Source of the DNA: the human T2T-CHM13v2.0 reference genome, Homo sapiens
Assembly (NCBI RefSeq): GCF_009914755.1
Contig: NC_060925.1
Length of the DNA: 64,000 bases
Reading direction: 5' to 3' (one strand)
Part shown: in pieces, positions 16,766 to 31,291 of the stretch
Numbering within the stretch: the first letter of the stretch is position 1
Layout of the letters: each line of letters starts with the position of its first letter
The notes under the pieces: model-generated
Told to the model about the DNA's origin: nothing
Seen by the model: the letters and a program-made list of their open reading frames with translations, nothing else
The model's database searches: none
Program-made: the position numbers and the translations under genes

Positions 16766-18719
16766 TTATATATAAATATATGTAGTAGTTTTTATATATA
16801 GTTATAACTATATAAAAAGTAAGATTTCTATTCAAGTTAGAATATTTTAATGTTCTTATTTTTCAAAATATTAGGAATAATTATCACTAGACAATGAGAA
16901 TATATGATGGAGAAGAAAGAAAACTCAAAAGAAGACCGATTGAGTTAAATAAAATAGAGGGATATGGGACTAGGCCTACCTGAAGTGAGAGTGTAATGTG
17001 GCATTAGCTAAGATAGGAGAGAATTGTTGATCCAAGAGTCAGGTGAAAGACTGTGGGTTAAACTTTAGGAGATGGGATGATGCTGAATGATGATAAGGGT
17101 GGACTTGGAAAGGGGTGGATGGTGGCTGAATGGAGTAGAACTGAAAACCATAGGCCATTGAATGAGTTATCTACACAGCCCCTGAAACCTTCTAAAAGGT
17201 GGGCAAGAGTTGTGGAGAGGTGCAAGACTCTGAGTCATGTGTCAAAACTCTCAATGTCTAATTATAGATTGTTGAAGGATAGTATGGACTAGGGAGTCTA
17301 TAGACCACATCTCTAAGAGTTGCTACTTTATTCTGAGACATATGCAATCATATTCTCCAGTAACTAAAACTTTCTATTCATAAATGATAGCTTTTAGAAT
17401 CAATCTAGGAGGAATCATATTTTTAACAGAGTCGTTACGTTGTATTTAATGTAACGGTGTTTCTCTCCTGTTTAGCTTTATCTACATAATAGACATGTTC
17501 TGTAGTGTTAAAAATTCTACTTTCTTATTAAACTGACTTTACTGAATATTTCCACCTCTTAATTTGTGTGCATACATAATTGTATCAGTGAATTCAGGGT
17601 GAAGGAAGATGAAAAGGTGGGGAGAGCCTCTGAGATATGACTAGCAACATTTTAAGTATAGAAATTTTACAAATCCCCTACTGATTTGTAGGAGAAAGCT
17701 TTCAGCTATTTACATACCAACCAATTGTCTTGTCTTGCCCCAGGTCTGGCTGACCTACTTCCTGGTGTGATAAAGATTGCTTGGAAGCCAAGAAAACACT
17801 GGCAAGATTAGTCAGATTCATTCAGAGGAAGTTACTTAAGAACAAAATTTATTTATGTTTTTTAATAAACATTTCCACTCCCACCCTTTACCTAAACCAT
17901 TCACACTCCTTCCTCCTCCCCCCCAACACACAAAAACAATTATAACAAAAATAAACATATTCTGGCTCTTAATGGGTGGTCCTATGTTTGTGATCAGTGT
18001 CAGTGATTAGTGCAGATTCTAGGACTATTTTTTTTTTCCTTTCATAACATGCAGTGAAAATAATAAAAACAATCCTGCTAATATACAACTCCCTTGATCC
18101 CAAAATTTATTTCTTCTTCTGACTCCATAGTCCTACAATATTTTGTAAATATAGGATTCTCCTTCATAGAATCCAGGAAGCCATATGGTTTGAGAGAGTT
18201 GAATTAACTACTTGAAGCTAAGAAAACATCCAGGGGAGACCTTTTGCTACCAGAACTCTTCCAGTTCTGCTGACATCTATTCCCGTAAATTAATGAAGAC
18301 TCAGACTGACTTTCATATGTAATACACATGCATGCATACACACCATGTGCTTTTTCTAATGGTCGTTTTTAGCGTCTGATATACTGGAAAAGGCAAAACT
18401 GTGGATATAGTATTAATAAAAAGATCAGTGGTCGCCAGGAGTTGGTGGGTGGCAGTGGGAGGGTTGGAGAGGTAGAGTAAAGAGGATTTTTAGGAAAGTG
18501 AAAACACTTTGTACACTGTTATAATGTAGAATGTACAACTCCCACAGTGAACTCTAATGTAAACTATGGCTTTTGGATAATTATGCTGTATCAGTGTAGA
18601 TTCATCAATTGTAACCAATGTACCACCATGGTGCAGGATTTTGACAATGGGATATGTGTGTGTGTATGTGTGTGTATAGATGTGAGTTTGTGTGTGTGTG
18701 TGTGAAGGAAAAGAGAGAT

Positions 18720-18873
18720 AAAAAGAGTGACTTTAAGGGGAATCAGATTATGGGATTGTAGGGTGTTGGATTGTCTGAAATCTGTAGGGCAGGCCAGCAG
18801 GCTGACAACTCAAGTAGGAGTTAATATAGTTTTGAGTCAGAATTCTGAAGGGCAGCAGGCTGGAAACTCAGGC

Positions 18874-18921
<48 letters not shown>

Positions 18922-19820
18922 ACAGAGTCTTGCTCTGTCACCTAGGCTGGAATGTAGTGGCATGATCTCAGCTCACTGCTGAGATCACCTCCACCACCTG
19001 GGTTCAAGCAATTCTCCTGTCTCAGCCTCCCAAGTAGCTGGGATTACCGGTGCCTGCCACCACACCTGGCTAATTTTTATATTTTTAGTAGAGACGAGGT
19101 TTCACCATGTTGGCCAGGCTGGTCTCAAACTCCTGACCTCGTGATCCACCTGCCTTGGCCTCCCAAAGTGCTGGGATTACAGGCGTGGGGCACCGCACCC
19201 GGCCTTCAGGTAGGATTTTTATGTTCCAGTCAGTCTTAGTCCATATGAGCTGCTATAACAAAATACCACAGCCTCGGTAATTTATAAACATCAGATATTT
19301 ATTTCTCACATTTTAGAGGCTCATAATTCTAAAATCAAATTGCTGGCAGATTATGTGTCTTGTGAGAGCCTTCTTGCTGCATCCTAACATGGCAGAAGAG
19401 CGGAAGGGAACCTACTCCCACAAGCCCTTTTATAAGAGTGCTAATCCTATTCGTGAGCATGGAGCCCTCATGACTTCATCACCTCCCAAAGAACACACCA
19501 CCTCTTAATACTGTTTGTTGCATTGGGCATTAGGTTTCAACATGAATTTTGGAGAGAGAGGGCACCATCATTTAAACCAGGGCACAATCTTAAGGAGGAT
19601 TTCTTCTTTGGGGAACCTTACACTTTACTTTTAAGGACTTCAACTGATTGGGCAAGGTTCATCACATTATGTAAAGAAATAAGTTTTACTCAAACTCTAC
19701 TGATGTAAATGTTAATTATATACTGAAAAAATACCTTCACAGCAACATCTAGACTAGTGTTTTACCAAACAAATAGATATCAAAGCCTAGTTAAGTTGAC
19801 ACACAAAATTAACAATCACA
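18720..19820 (-). mobile_element. MLT2-type ERVL LTR interrupted by an Alu (18879-19204, -) and an MST/MLT1A-type LTR (about 19232-19585)
   Basis: Ends aagttgacacacaaaattaacaatcaca; (TG)n upstream; internal MaLR motifs gctgctataacaaaataccac and tttcaacatgaatttt. Confidence 0.75.
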
Positions 19821-19829
19821 GTTGGTCTT

Positions 19830-21710
<1,881 letters not shown>

Positions 21711-22245
21711 TGTGTGGTATGGTAAACAAAATAATGGCTCCCCCAAAATGTCCATGCCTTAATCTCAAGAACCTGTGAATGTTATCTTACATGACAGAAA
21801 GGACTTTGTAAATGTGAAGAAATTAAGGATCTTGAGCAGGAGAGAATTTCCTATATTATCTGCATGGGCCCCAGGGCAATCAGAAGGGTCATTATGAGAG
21901 GGGAAGGTAAAACAATCCGAGTTAGAGACTTTGGAAGATGCTATCCTGTTGGCTTTAAAGATGGAGAAATAAATTATGAGCCAAGGCAACCTTTAGAAGC
22001 TGGAAAAGTCAAGGAATAAATTCCCCTAGAGCTTTCGGAAGAAACACAGCCCTGCTGACATCTTGATTTTAGTTCATAAGATTTTAGTTCATAAGTTTTT
22101 AAGTTTTTAGTTCATAAGATTTTAGTTCATAAAATTCATAAGATTTTAGTTCATAAGTTAGAAGTTCTAACTTCTAACCTCCAGAACTTTAGATAATGAA
22201 TTTGAGCTCATAATTTTGCAGTATTTTGTTAATAACATAAGCAGA
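21711..22245 (+). mobile_element. MLT1D-like LTR with internal 15-bp tandem repeat
   Basis: aataatggctccccca..aacctgtgaatgttatctta..agaagctggaaaag motifs. Confidence 0.8.
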
Positions 22246-22936
22246 AAGGCATTACATATAAGTAAGTGAATTTTTAATTCAAGAATAAATTACCAAACTT
22301 TTTCATCGTGGATGTCTCTGCTCTCTAAGATCTTACTCTTTCTTCAAGAATCACCACATATTCTACTTCTTTCATGAAGTCTGTTATTATTTATTAATCA
22401 TATATTTATTTTTGAATGCCTTTTAAATGTCAGGCACTGTTCTGGAACCTGTGAATAATGCAGGCAAGGTCCTTGCTTTCACAGACACAAAATTCCAGAA
22501 AGGGGACATAGATAGTAAACACACAAATAAGACAATATTAGATAAAATAAATGGTATAAAGAAAATCAAACAGCCTTAGTAGTTGCTTTAGTTTGGTGGT
22601 TGGAGAAGCCCTTTCTAAAAAGGGGAAATTTGAGCTGAGATCTAAATGTTGAGAAGGATGTGAAAATCTGCATAAGAAATATTCAAAATAGGGCAACACC
22701 TGAGAATCACAGCTACTGAGGAAATCACAAGAAAGCCACTGTGTCTGGAGCATAATGAATAAGAGTGTGGAATTTTAGTAGATAAGCTCAGATAGATGGG
22801 CAGGGAATAGACCATTGAGATCCTCATAGGGTAGGATAAGAAGATTATATTTTTCCATTGTGTAGTAGGAAGCTACTGGAAGATTTTAAACATGGGAAAG
22901 GCATGATATGATTTATGTTAAAACATAATTACTGCC

Positions 22937-25154
22937 TATATAAGGTGTAAGGAAGGGGTCCAGTTTCAGTTTTCTGCATATGGTTAGCCAGTTTTCCCAA
23001 CACCATTTATTAAATAGGGAATCCTTTCCCCATTGCTTGTTTTTGTCAGGACTGTCAAAGATCAGATGGTTGTAGATGTGTGGTATTATTTCTGAGGCCT
23101 CTGTTCTGTTTCATTGGTCTATATATCTGTTTTGGTACCAGTACCATGCTGTTTTGGTTACTGTACATGATGCCTCCAGCTTTGTTCTTTTTGCTTAGGA
23201 TTGTCTTGGCTATACGGGCTCTTTTTTTTTGGTTCCATATGAAATTTAAAGTAGTTTTTTCCAATTCTGTGAAGAAAGTCAATGGTAGCTTAATGGAAAG
23301 TCAATGGATAGCATTGAATCTATACATTACTTGGGGCAGTATGGCCATTTTCAAGATACTGATCCTTCCTACCCATGAGCATGGAATATTCTTCCATTTG
23401 TTTGTGTCCTCTTTTATTTTGTTGAGCAGTGATTTGTAGTTCTTCTTGAAAAGGTCCTTCACATCCCTTGTAAGTTGGATTCCTAGGTATTTTATTATCT
23501 TTGTAACAATTGTGAATGGGAGTTCACTCATGATTTGGCTCTCTGTTTGTCTATTATTGGTGTATAGGAATGATTGTGACTTCTGCACATTGATTTTGTA
23601 TCCTGAGAATTTGCTGAAGTTGCTTATCAGCTTAAGGAGATTTTGGGCTCAGATGATGGGGTTTTCTAAATATACAATCATGTCATCTGCAAAGAGAGAC
23701 AATTTGACTTCCTCTCTTCCTATTTGAATAAGTTTTATTTCTTTCTCTTTCCTGATTGCCCTGGCCACAACTTCCAATACTATGTTGAATAGGAGTGGTG
23801 AAAGAGGGCATCCTTGTCTTGTGCCAGTTTTCAAAGGGAATGCTTCCAGCTTTTGCCCATTAGGTATGATATTGGCTGTGTGTTTGTCATAAATAGCTCT
23901 TATTATTTTGAGATATGTTCCATCAATACCTAGTTTATTGAGAGTTTTTAGCATGAGGGGGTGTTTACTGAAGGTCTTTTCTGCATTGAAGAATTAAAGA
24001 CTTAAATGTAAGACCTAAAACCATAAAAACCCTAGAAGAAAACCTAGGCAATACCATTCAGGACATAGACATTGGGCAAGGACTTCAAGACTAAAACACC
24101 AAAAATAATGGCAACAAAAGCCAAAATTGACTAATGGGATCTAATTAAACTAAAGAGCTTCTGCACAGTAAAAGAAACTACCATCACAGTGAACAGGCAA
24201 CCTACAGAATGGGAGAAAATTTTTGCAATCTATGCATCTGACAAAGGGCTAATATCCAGAATCTACAAAGAACTTAAATGAATTTACAAGAAAAAACAAA
24301 CAACCCCATCAAAAAGTGGGCAAAGGATATGAACAGACACTTCTCAAAAGAAGACATTTATGCAGCCAACAAACATGAAAAAAAGCTCATCACCGGTCAT
24401 TAGAGAAATGCACATCAAAACCACAATGAGATACCATCTCATGCCAGTTAGAATGGCAATCATTAAAAAGTCAGAAAACAACTGATGCTGGAAAGCATGT
24501 GGAGAAATAAGAACGCTTTTACACTGTTGGTAGGATTGTAAATTAGTTCAACCATTGTGGAAAACAGTGTGGAGATTCCTCAAAGATCTAGAACCAGAAA
24601 TACCATTTGACCCAGCAATCTCATTACTGGGTATATACCCAAATGATTATACATCATTCTACTATAAAGACACATGCACATGTATATTCATTGTGGCACT
24701 GTTCACAATAGCAAAGACTTGGAACCAACCCAAATGCCCATCAATGACAGACTGAATAAAGAAAATGTGGAACATATATGCCATGGAATACTATGCAGCC
24801 ATTAAAAAGGATGAATTCATGTCCTTTCCAGGGAAATGGTTGAAGCTGGAAACCATCATTTTCAGCAAACTAACACAGGAACAGAAAACCAAACGCTGCA
24901 TATTCTCACTCATAAGTGGGAGTTGAACAATGAGACCACACGGACACAGGGAGGGGAACATCATACACTGGGGCTTGTCGAAGGGTGGGGGGCTAGGGGA
25001 GGGATAGCATTAAGAGAAATACCTAACGTAGATGACAAGTTGATGGGTGCAGCAAACCACCATGGCGCATGTATACCTATGTAACAAACCTGCACGTTCT
25101 GCACATGTGTCCCAGAACTTAAAGTATAAAGTGTGTGTGTATATATATATATAA
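22937..25154 (+). mobile_element. 5'-inverted L1PA (PA7-like): ORF2 segment on - (22937-23988), 3' end on + (23989-25130)
   Basis: L1 ORF2 RT peptides in ORF track ([27 protein letters not shown]); TSD aattactgcc at 22927-36 and 25155-64. Confidence 0.92.
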
Positions 25155-26686
25155 AATTACTGCCACTGCCATAAGGAGAATGGTTTGGGCTGAGGAAAGA
25201 ATAGACAAGAGAACACCAATTAATAGACTATTACACTGCTAGGTTGTGAAGTTGGAAAAAAGGTGACAGATTTAAGATTTATTTGTGGGTTGTAGTCAAC
25301 AGGATTGCTGTTGGATTGGCTATGCAAGTGAAGGAAAGAGTATGGTGGTGTCTTTAACGTTGGACAATTATTATTTGGGATATATGGTTCTGGGAGGGAA
25401 GAATGTAAAAGAAGCAATTAAATTGATGACTTTGAGTGGAGAGGTTGTCAATTGACAATTTGGAGATGTTGTCAATTGACAATTAGACGTTGGTCCTGGA
25501 GTGCTTATTTCTGAGTGCTTATTATTTCAAATAATGAGCTTAAATGTGATTAATCTGGAGGAATGCAGACAGAGCAGATATCAAGACACTTCAACTTATA
25601 CATACAGTAGAAGAGAAAGAGCTTAAAAAAAAGAGAGAGAGAAAAGACTGAGCAATAGTGCTCTGAGAAAGGTAGAGAAAGACCAGGAGAGTATCAAACC
25701 ATGAAGCCAAGGTTGGGGCAGGGGTTCTTTCAGTAAAGAGATTATAGCTATTTGTGTTGAATGCTACTGAGAAGCCAAATAAAAAACAGATTAGGAGAAT
25801 GGCTGGATTTAATCAACTTGTGTCAATTCAGCACAGTAGAGGGAGAATATACAGAGCAGAGGGGAATGATTAGAATGATGGACAATAGAATCTGAGCTAG
25901 ATGCATATGGAAGTAAATGGAAAGATAAAACAGGTGATAAATAGTGAAGTGATGAGGTTGGTGGATCGGTAGGTTCAGTGAGACTGAGAGTTAGATGTTA
26001 GAGTGTAAGCAATAAAATAGGTGAGCTGGAAGATGCTTGGAATCAAGATTTTGAAAGTGGTGCTGTAATTAATCATAATGATATCAAGATATGTATGATT
26101 TCAGGAAATATGGTGGAAGAGGCCATCCCTGGAATGGAGAAGGCCAAAGAGGAGAGGCCAGGGAAGATGCTAAATATGTGGTCCATGTAGATATTGAAAT
26201 TACCAAGATGTCAAGGACAGAGGTACAACAAAAGCCTATGAGCTTTTGCATCAATGATTTGCCCAACTTTGTATAATTTCCTCCTCTTTGAACTTCTTAA
26301 CTTTGTGCCCCCTTCATAATATATGTCTTATTCTTTGCCTTATTGTGTATTTTTTTCTTCTTCTTCTAGACTAGGCAATGAAAATAAGCTTGTTTGCCAT
26401 CTTCTGTAAAGATACACAAACTAGACATTTTCCAACACAGTGTCGCAGTGAATAAGGATTATGAGATTTAAATAGTGACTCTAGGAAGCCTCTATATAAT
26501 TGAGGGCAAAACCATTTCATGAAGGGCCAGTCCTAGTTTTGAATAGGTAGGAGAATGCAAGATAATGGTTTAAGAGTAATGCTTCAGAGAAATCTTATGT
26601 CATATGACAAAGATGTATAGAAACAATCAAAGTTTATCTTCAGAAAAGATCTGTCAATTTTTAAATAGTACAAAAATAAACAGACA

Positions 26687-26692
26687 TTTATT
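26687..26692 (-). terminator. Distal poly(A) signal AATAAA
   Basis: tttatt on + strand at the end of the repeat-free UTR, followed by U/GU-rich sequence. Confidence 0.9.
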
Positions 26693-27433
26693 TCCAGACT
26701 TATCTTTTACATAAGTTAAATACACATTTGTCTGAGGCACTGAAACATTCGCATACACAACCCAAATTCCCAGGTTTTGTCAGCAGATCAATGTTAATAA
26801 CAAATCAAGTTTTTTTTTTAAAAAAAACAGTGAACAGTGTTTTATACAAGCATATTGACTATTTCTTTCTTAACCTTAAACATTCTAAACGTAAAATTGT
26901 AAAGAAGATTCTCCTGAGTTATCTTTAATGATATTTATTTCATTTTCTCCCTCTTCCCAAAAGAAAATTTTTTTCAATTATTTATATAAATACTATTATC
27001 TGTAATCAGCGTTTGATTTAAAAATATTAAAACCCACAGTGCTTGACACAGAATATTTTCTCAATAAATTGTGGCTGAACAAATTAACGAAGCATCCACA
27101 GATCCCTCAAAACATTTTAAAAGGTCAGTCTTATGGCACATTCAGGCTAATGAGACAATATTCTTTGTGGGCTAGCACATAGGCCTATCCTAAGGACAAA
27201 CATTCAACCTTAAATATCTCAATATGCCAATCAGATTTCTAAAAATTTATTCACAAATCTTAATACAATCATTTCTTTGGATTGTTTACATAATATTCAG
27301 AGAGGTAACCCCAAAGAAAATATACTGATTGTGACATAACAAAAAAAAATCAATGATTGTAGGCTTAAACACAGTTTATAACCATAGTGTCCTAATAAGA
27401 CATAAATAATAATCTTCAATAAATTAAGTAATA

Positions 27434-27510
27434 TACAGTACCATTAAATGTCAGTGACAATGAGATGTGGAAAAGAAGTATTATCGTCATTATTATTATT
27501 GCTGAGAACT
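27434..27510 (-). promoter_or_regulatory. miRNA seed-site cluster: miR-101 8mer (27434-41), miR-143 7mer (27461-67), miR-137 8mer (27496-503), miR-146 8mer (27503-10)
   Basis: Minus-strand GTACTGTA, CATCTCA, AGCAATAA and AGTTCTCA; a miR-26 8mer TACTTGAA also lies at 28914-28921. Confidence 0.75.
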
Positions 27511-28568
27511 ACTTAGATATCATTTGGTTTTGTTTTTAAATAAGAAAGGGCATTAATTAGAATGGGAACGTAACTTTTTCCAGTCACAAACCCCGTACAG
27601 TTCTCTCTGAGGCACTAGCCTCTTTGCATCCATCTTGGTTACAGATAGCTAAAATTAGCTATAAATAAAATTCTCTGCTTTTCACTTAAAATAAGTGTAT
27701 ACTATTTTTAAAAGGGCCTTTTTTTTTCTCTTTTAATCTTCTTAAGAGGAGCTAAATAGCAGTCCTGAGCTGAGGTTTACCTGAAAACTTGCAAAAGTTC
27801 AGGTAAGAAAATATAGGCAGAGTCCAAAGAAAGTGAACTCTGATCTTAAAACTAGTAAAACAAAATAGGAGAAACGAAGTGATGAGAAGACTGTGTCTCT
27901 TAGCAAAATGGCTAAAAGAAGAAAAGAAAAGGAACAGCATGCAGGTAGCCAGGCTTGATTCCAATGCACCTACTGAATTGGCTTCAAGACTGAGATAAAA
28001 TTAATGTGTGAAATGAATTTAAGCATTTTGAAGAGGTATTTTATGAGGTCATTGCTACTTTTGCAATGTGATATGGACTGCTAAATTAAACTGTACAACA
28101 GAAAATCTGAGAAAACATATCGTTATTCAAGCACAGCTTGGTACTTCATTAACCTCATAGCAAAATCTGAGTACCAGGCCTGCAGTGCACAAGGATAAAA
28201 AAAAGTTTGCTTCAAAAGTTTAAACCTAAATTTGAACAATAATTTGGTTTTCTTCTTTGTTATTGCTTATTTTAAAGGTAGACCCTTTTGCTGATATAGA
28301 TTTTACATGTTACCAGCCATATAAACAAATTCTGGAATATCTCAACAAAATATTCTTATTTTAAGATAACACTGCAGTGGCTCCACCACCTTAATAAATT
28401 TGGCATTTTGATTTAAAAGGAAGTTTTAACAGTCACACTAAAAAGGTTTATACTCTTGGTGAAAAAGGAACATCACTTATAAAATATTTTAACAAGCAAT
28501 TGTAGTAAAATTTCTACTGATTTTACAGATTTAAATCCAAGACAGCTTCTTTTTGGTATATGTACAAG

Positions 28569-28574
28569 TTTAAT
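28569..28574 (-). terminator. Proximal poly(A) signal ATTAAA
   Basis: ATTAAA about 600 nt into the UTR, preceded by the U-rich TTGTTTGATTTCTTAAAGT; fits the known short COX-2 mRNA isoform (recall). Confidence 0.75.
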
Positions 28575-29103
28575 AACTTTAAGAAATCAAACAAGCTTTT
28601 ACAGGTGATTCTACCCTATGAATTTAGAAATTTCAAATTATTGTTTCATTGCTGATTTTAAAAAGTAGACATGAAATTACTGGTAATGTCTAATTTAAAT
28701 ATTCATTTAATAATGCACTGATACCTGTTTTTGTTTGATGACAGAAAAATAACCAAAAGTACTTTAAAATTTCAAACATTAGTTACTTCTAATGCATCAT
28801 GGAAGATGCATTGGAAACATCGACAGTGTAAAAACTTTCAGCATTTTGCCATCTTGTGACAGTGTTTAAGTATTCAAACATCTTTACTTTCGTTCTTATA
28901 ATATAAGTTGAAATTCAAGTAAAAAGACGTCAAAACTCATTTCTCTCTGGTTTATAAAACAGAATAAAAACTGTTTTCCAAACTTAACAGCAACAGCAAA
29001 ATCTTTAGAGTAGTGACATAAAAGTCTTCACAAGTATGACTCCTTTCTCCGCAACAGGAGTACTGACTTCTGTTACAGAAGATGTTAAGTAACATAAGGA
29101 GTT

Positions 29104-29164
29104 TAATATAAATATTATTAAATAATTAAATTAATAGACATGGTTCATATAAATAAATAAATAT
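29104..29164 (-). promoter_or_regulatory. Class II AU-rich element
   Basis: Six ATTTA pentamers (three overlapping) within about 75 nt after the stop codon on the minus strand. Confidence 0.95.
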
Positions 29165-29177
29165 GATCATTAGACTT

Positions 29178-29587
29178 CTACAGTTCAGTCGAACGTTCTT
29201 TTAGTAGTACTGTGGGATTGATATCATCTAGTCCGGAGCGGGAAGAACTTGCATTGATGGTGACTGTTTTAATGAGCTCTGGATCTGGAACACTGAATGA
29301 AGTAAAGGGACAGCCCTTCACGTTATTGCAGATGAGAGACTGAATTGAGGCAGTGTTGATGATTTGAAAACCCACTTCTCCACCAAAAGTGCTTGGCTTC
29401 CAGTAGGCAGGAGAACATATAACATTACCCATAAGTCCTTTCAAGGAGAATGGTGCTCCAACTTCTACCATGGTTTCACCAAAGATGGCATCTGGCCGAG
29501 GCTTTTCTACCAGAAGGGCAGGATACAGCTCCACAGCATCGATGTCACCATAGAGTGCTTCCAACTCTGCAGACATTTCCTTTTCTC
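29178..29587 (-). CDS. PTGS2: PTGS2 exon 10 coding part (V509 side pocket, aspirin-acetylated S516, N580 instability cassette, C-terminal STEL)
   Basis: 410 nt to TAG at 29180-29178; [16 protein letters not shown] ... [26 protein letters not shown]; exon total 1815 nt = 604 aa + stop. Confidence 0.99.
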
Positions 29588-29721
29588 CTGTGAAGGCGAT
29601 GAAGACAGAGATACAACCAATGTCAAACTTCACAAAATAAAAAACAGTTTGATTCTTTTGCTCAATTTGCTGCCAACTTCTCTGTTTCCATTTGACCCCT
29701 GATTCTTTTAAGAAGTTTAGG

Positions 29722-30055
<334 letters not shown>

Positions 30056-30073
30056 TTAGAAACTGTTTCTTAC

Positions 30074-30221
30074 CTGTAAGTTCTTCAAATGATTCATAGG
30101 GCTTCAGCATAAAGCGTTTGCGGTACTCATTAAAAGACTGGTATTTCATCTGCCTGCTCTGGTCAATGGAAGCCTGTGATACTTTCTGTACTGCGGGTGG
30201 AACATTCCTACCACCAGCAAC
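30074..30221 (-). CDS. PTGS2: PTGS2 exon 9
   Basis: 148 nt; [37 protein letters not shown]; AG/GT. Confidence 0.99.
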
Positions 30222-30722
30222 CTGTGGAAAGTAAAATTAGTTGTAAAACAAGAATTTTAGGCATATTTACTGTTTGTATTCAGCTTGCCTTAGGTACAAA
30301 TCAGGTAAAACTGAAACTCCCAGCGGAGACAATTTTTATTTGCTGGAAAGATGCTTACCTACATTTCAACAGGAGCTCTGCTTAAAATTCAATGGGACAC
30401 CAGCCTAGAACTAATTTGCCTTTTTACATTTCAAAAATAACACTAGTATTCAAGCCTAAAATATTTATTCCTATAAGATTATAGATACTTTTTGAAAATA
30501 TTTTTAAGGTAGGGGTACAATTTGCTATTTGTCTGACAACTGTAGACTAGACTAAAAGTTTAGACTTTTCAAACAAAGTTAGGCTTCTTATATCAATAAA
30601 ATAATTTTACTAGCAATATAACTAACTACTCTTTTAGTAAGTTTAAGAAAAATAATTTCCGTGGCAGAAATTCTAAAGTTACTGACTAGTCTTTTGTTTT
30701 GGTTTTCAATAATAATGCTTAC

Positions 30723-31009
30723 CCTGCCAGCAATTTGCCTGGTGAATGATTCAACAAACTGGGTAATTCCATGTTCCAGCAATATAGAGTTGTTGTAGAT
30801 AAACTGTTGATAGTTGTATTTCTGGTCATGAATTTGAAAGGTGTCAGGCAGAAGGGGATGCCAGTGATAGAGGGTGTTAAATTCAGCAGCAATACGATTT
30901 TGGTACTGGAATTGTTTGTTGAAAAGTAGTTCTGGGTCAAATTTCAGTTTGAAGTGATAGCCACTCAAGTGTTGCACATAATCTTCAATCACAATCTTAA
31001 TAGTCTCTC
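30723..31009 (-). CDS. PTGS2: PTGS2 exon 8 (catalytic Tyr and proximal His, LYHWHP)
   Basis: 287 nt; [14 protein letters not shown] in ORF track; AG/GT. Confidence 0.99.
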
Positions 31010-31291
31010 CTATTTGCACAAAATAAATAATAAAAACATTTATTGCATCTGATCACAAGCTTTCAAGCAACTGGAATGCAATTTTTAAAATTTGCTATTC
31101 CTTCATTTCTGTTTTCTTCCTTGTCAGTATCAAAAGATAGCTATTTTATCAGTCATGCTTACATATTTAATGTATATAGAATGTGTGAGTTTTCATTTAC
31201 CACATCTTGTCATTTACTCAAAACATAACAAAGATAGCACACTAATTTTCCCTGGGGAAGAGGGTTTTATATAAATCATTTTCTTGTTTAC

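Larger units (their letters stand above)
26640..29177 (-). other. PTGS2: PTGS2 3' UTR (about 2.5 kb)
   Basis: AT-rich and repeat-free from the stop codon to just past the distal AATAAA. Confidence 0.92.

Noticed and set aside
22063-22160. CRISPR-like direct repeats
   Set aside because: No unique spacers; human tandem repeat inside an LTR
23055-24755. Reverse-transcriptase-like ORFs
   Set aside because: Fragments of decayed L1 ORF2 with stops, frameshifts and deletions; not an active or novel RT system
29364-29702. 112-aa antisense ORF over exon 10
   Set aside because: Shadow ORF of the coding strand with no independent support
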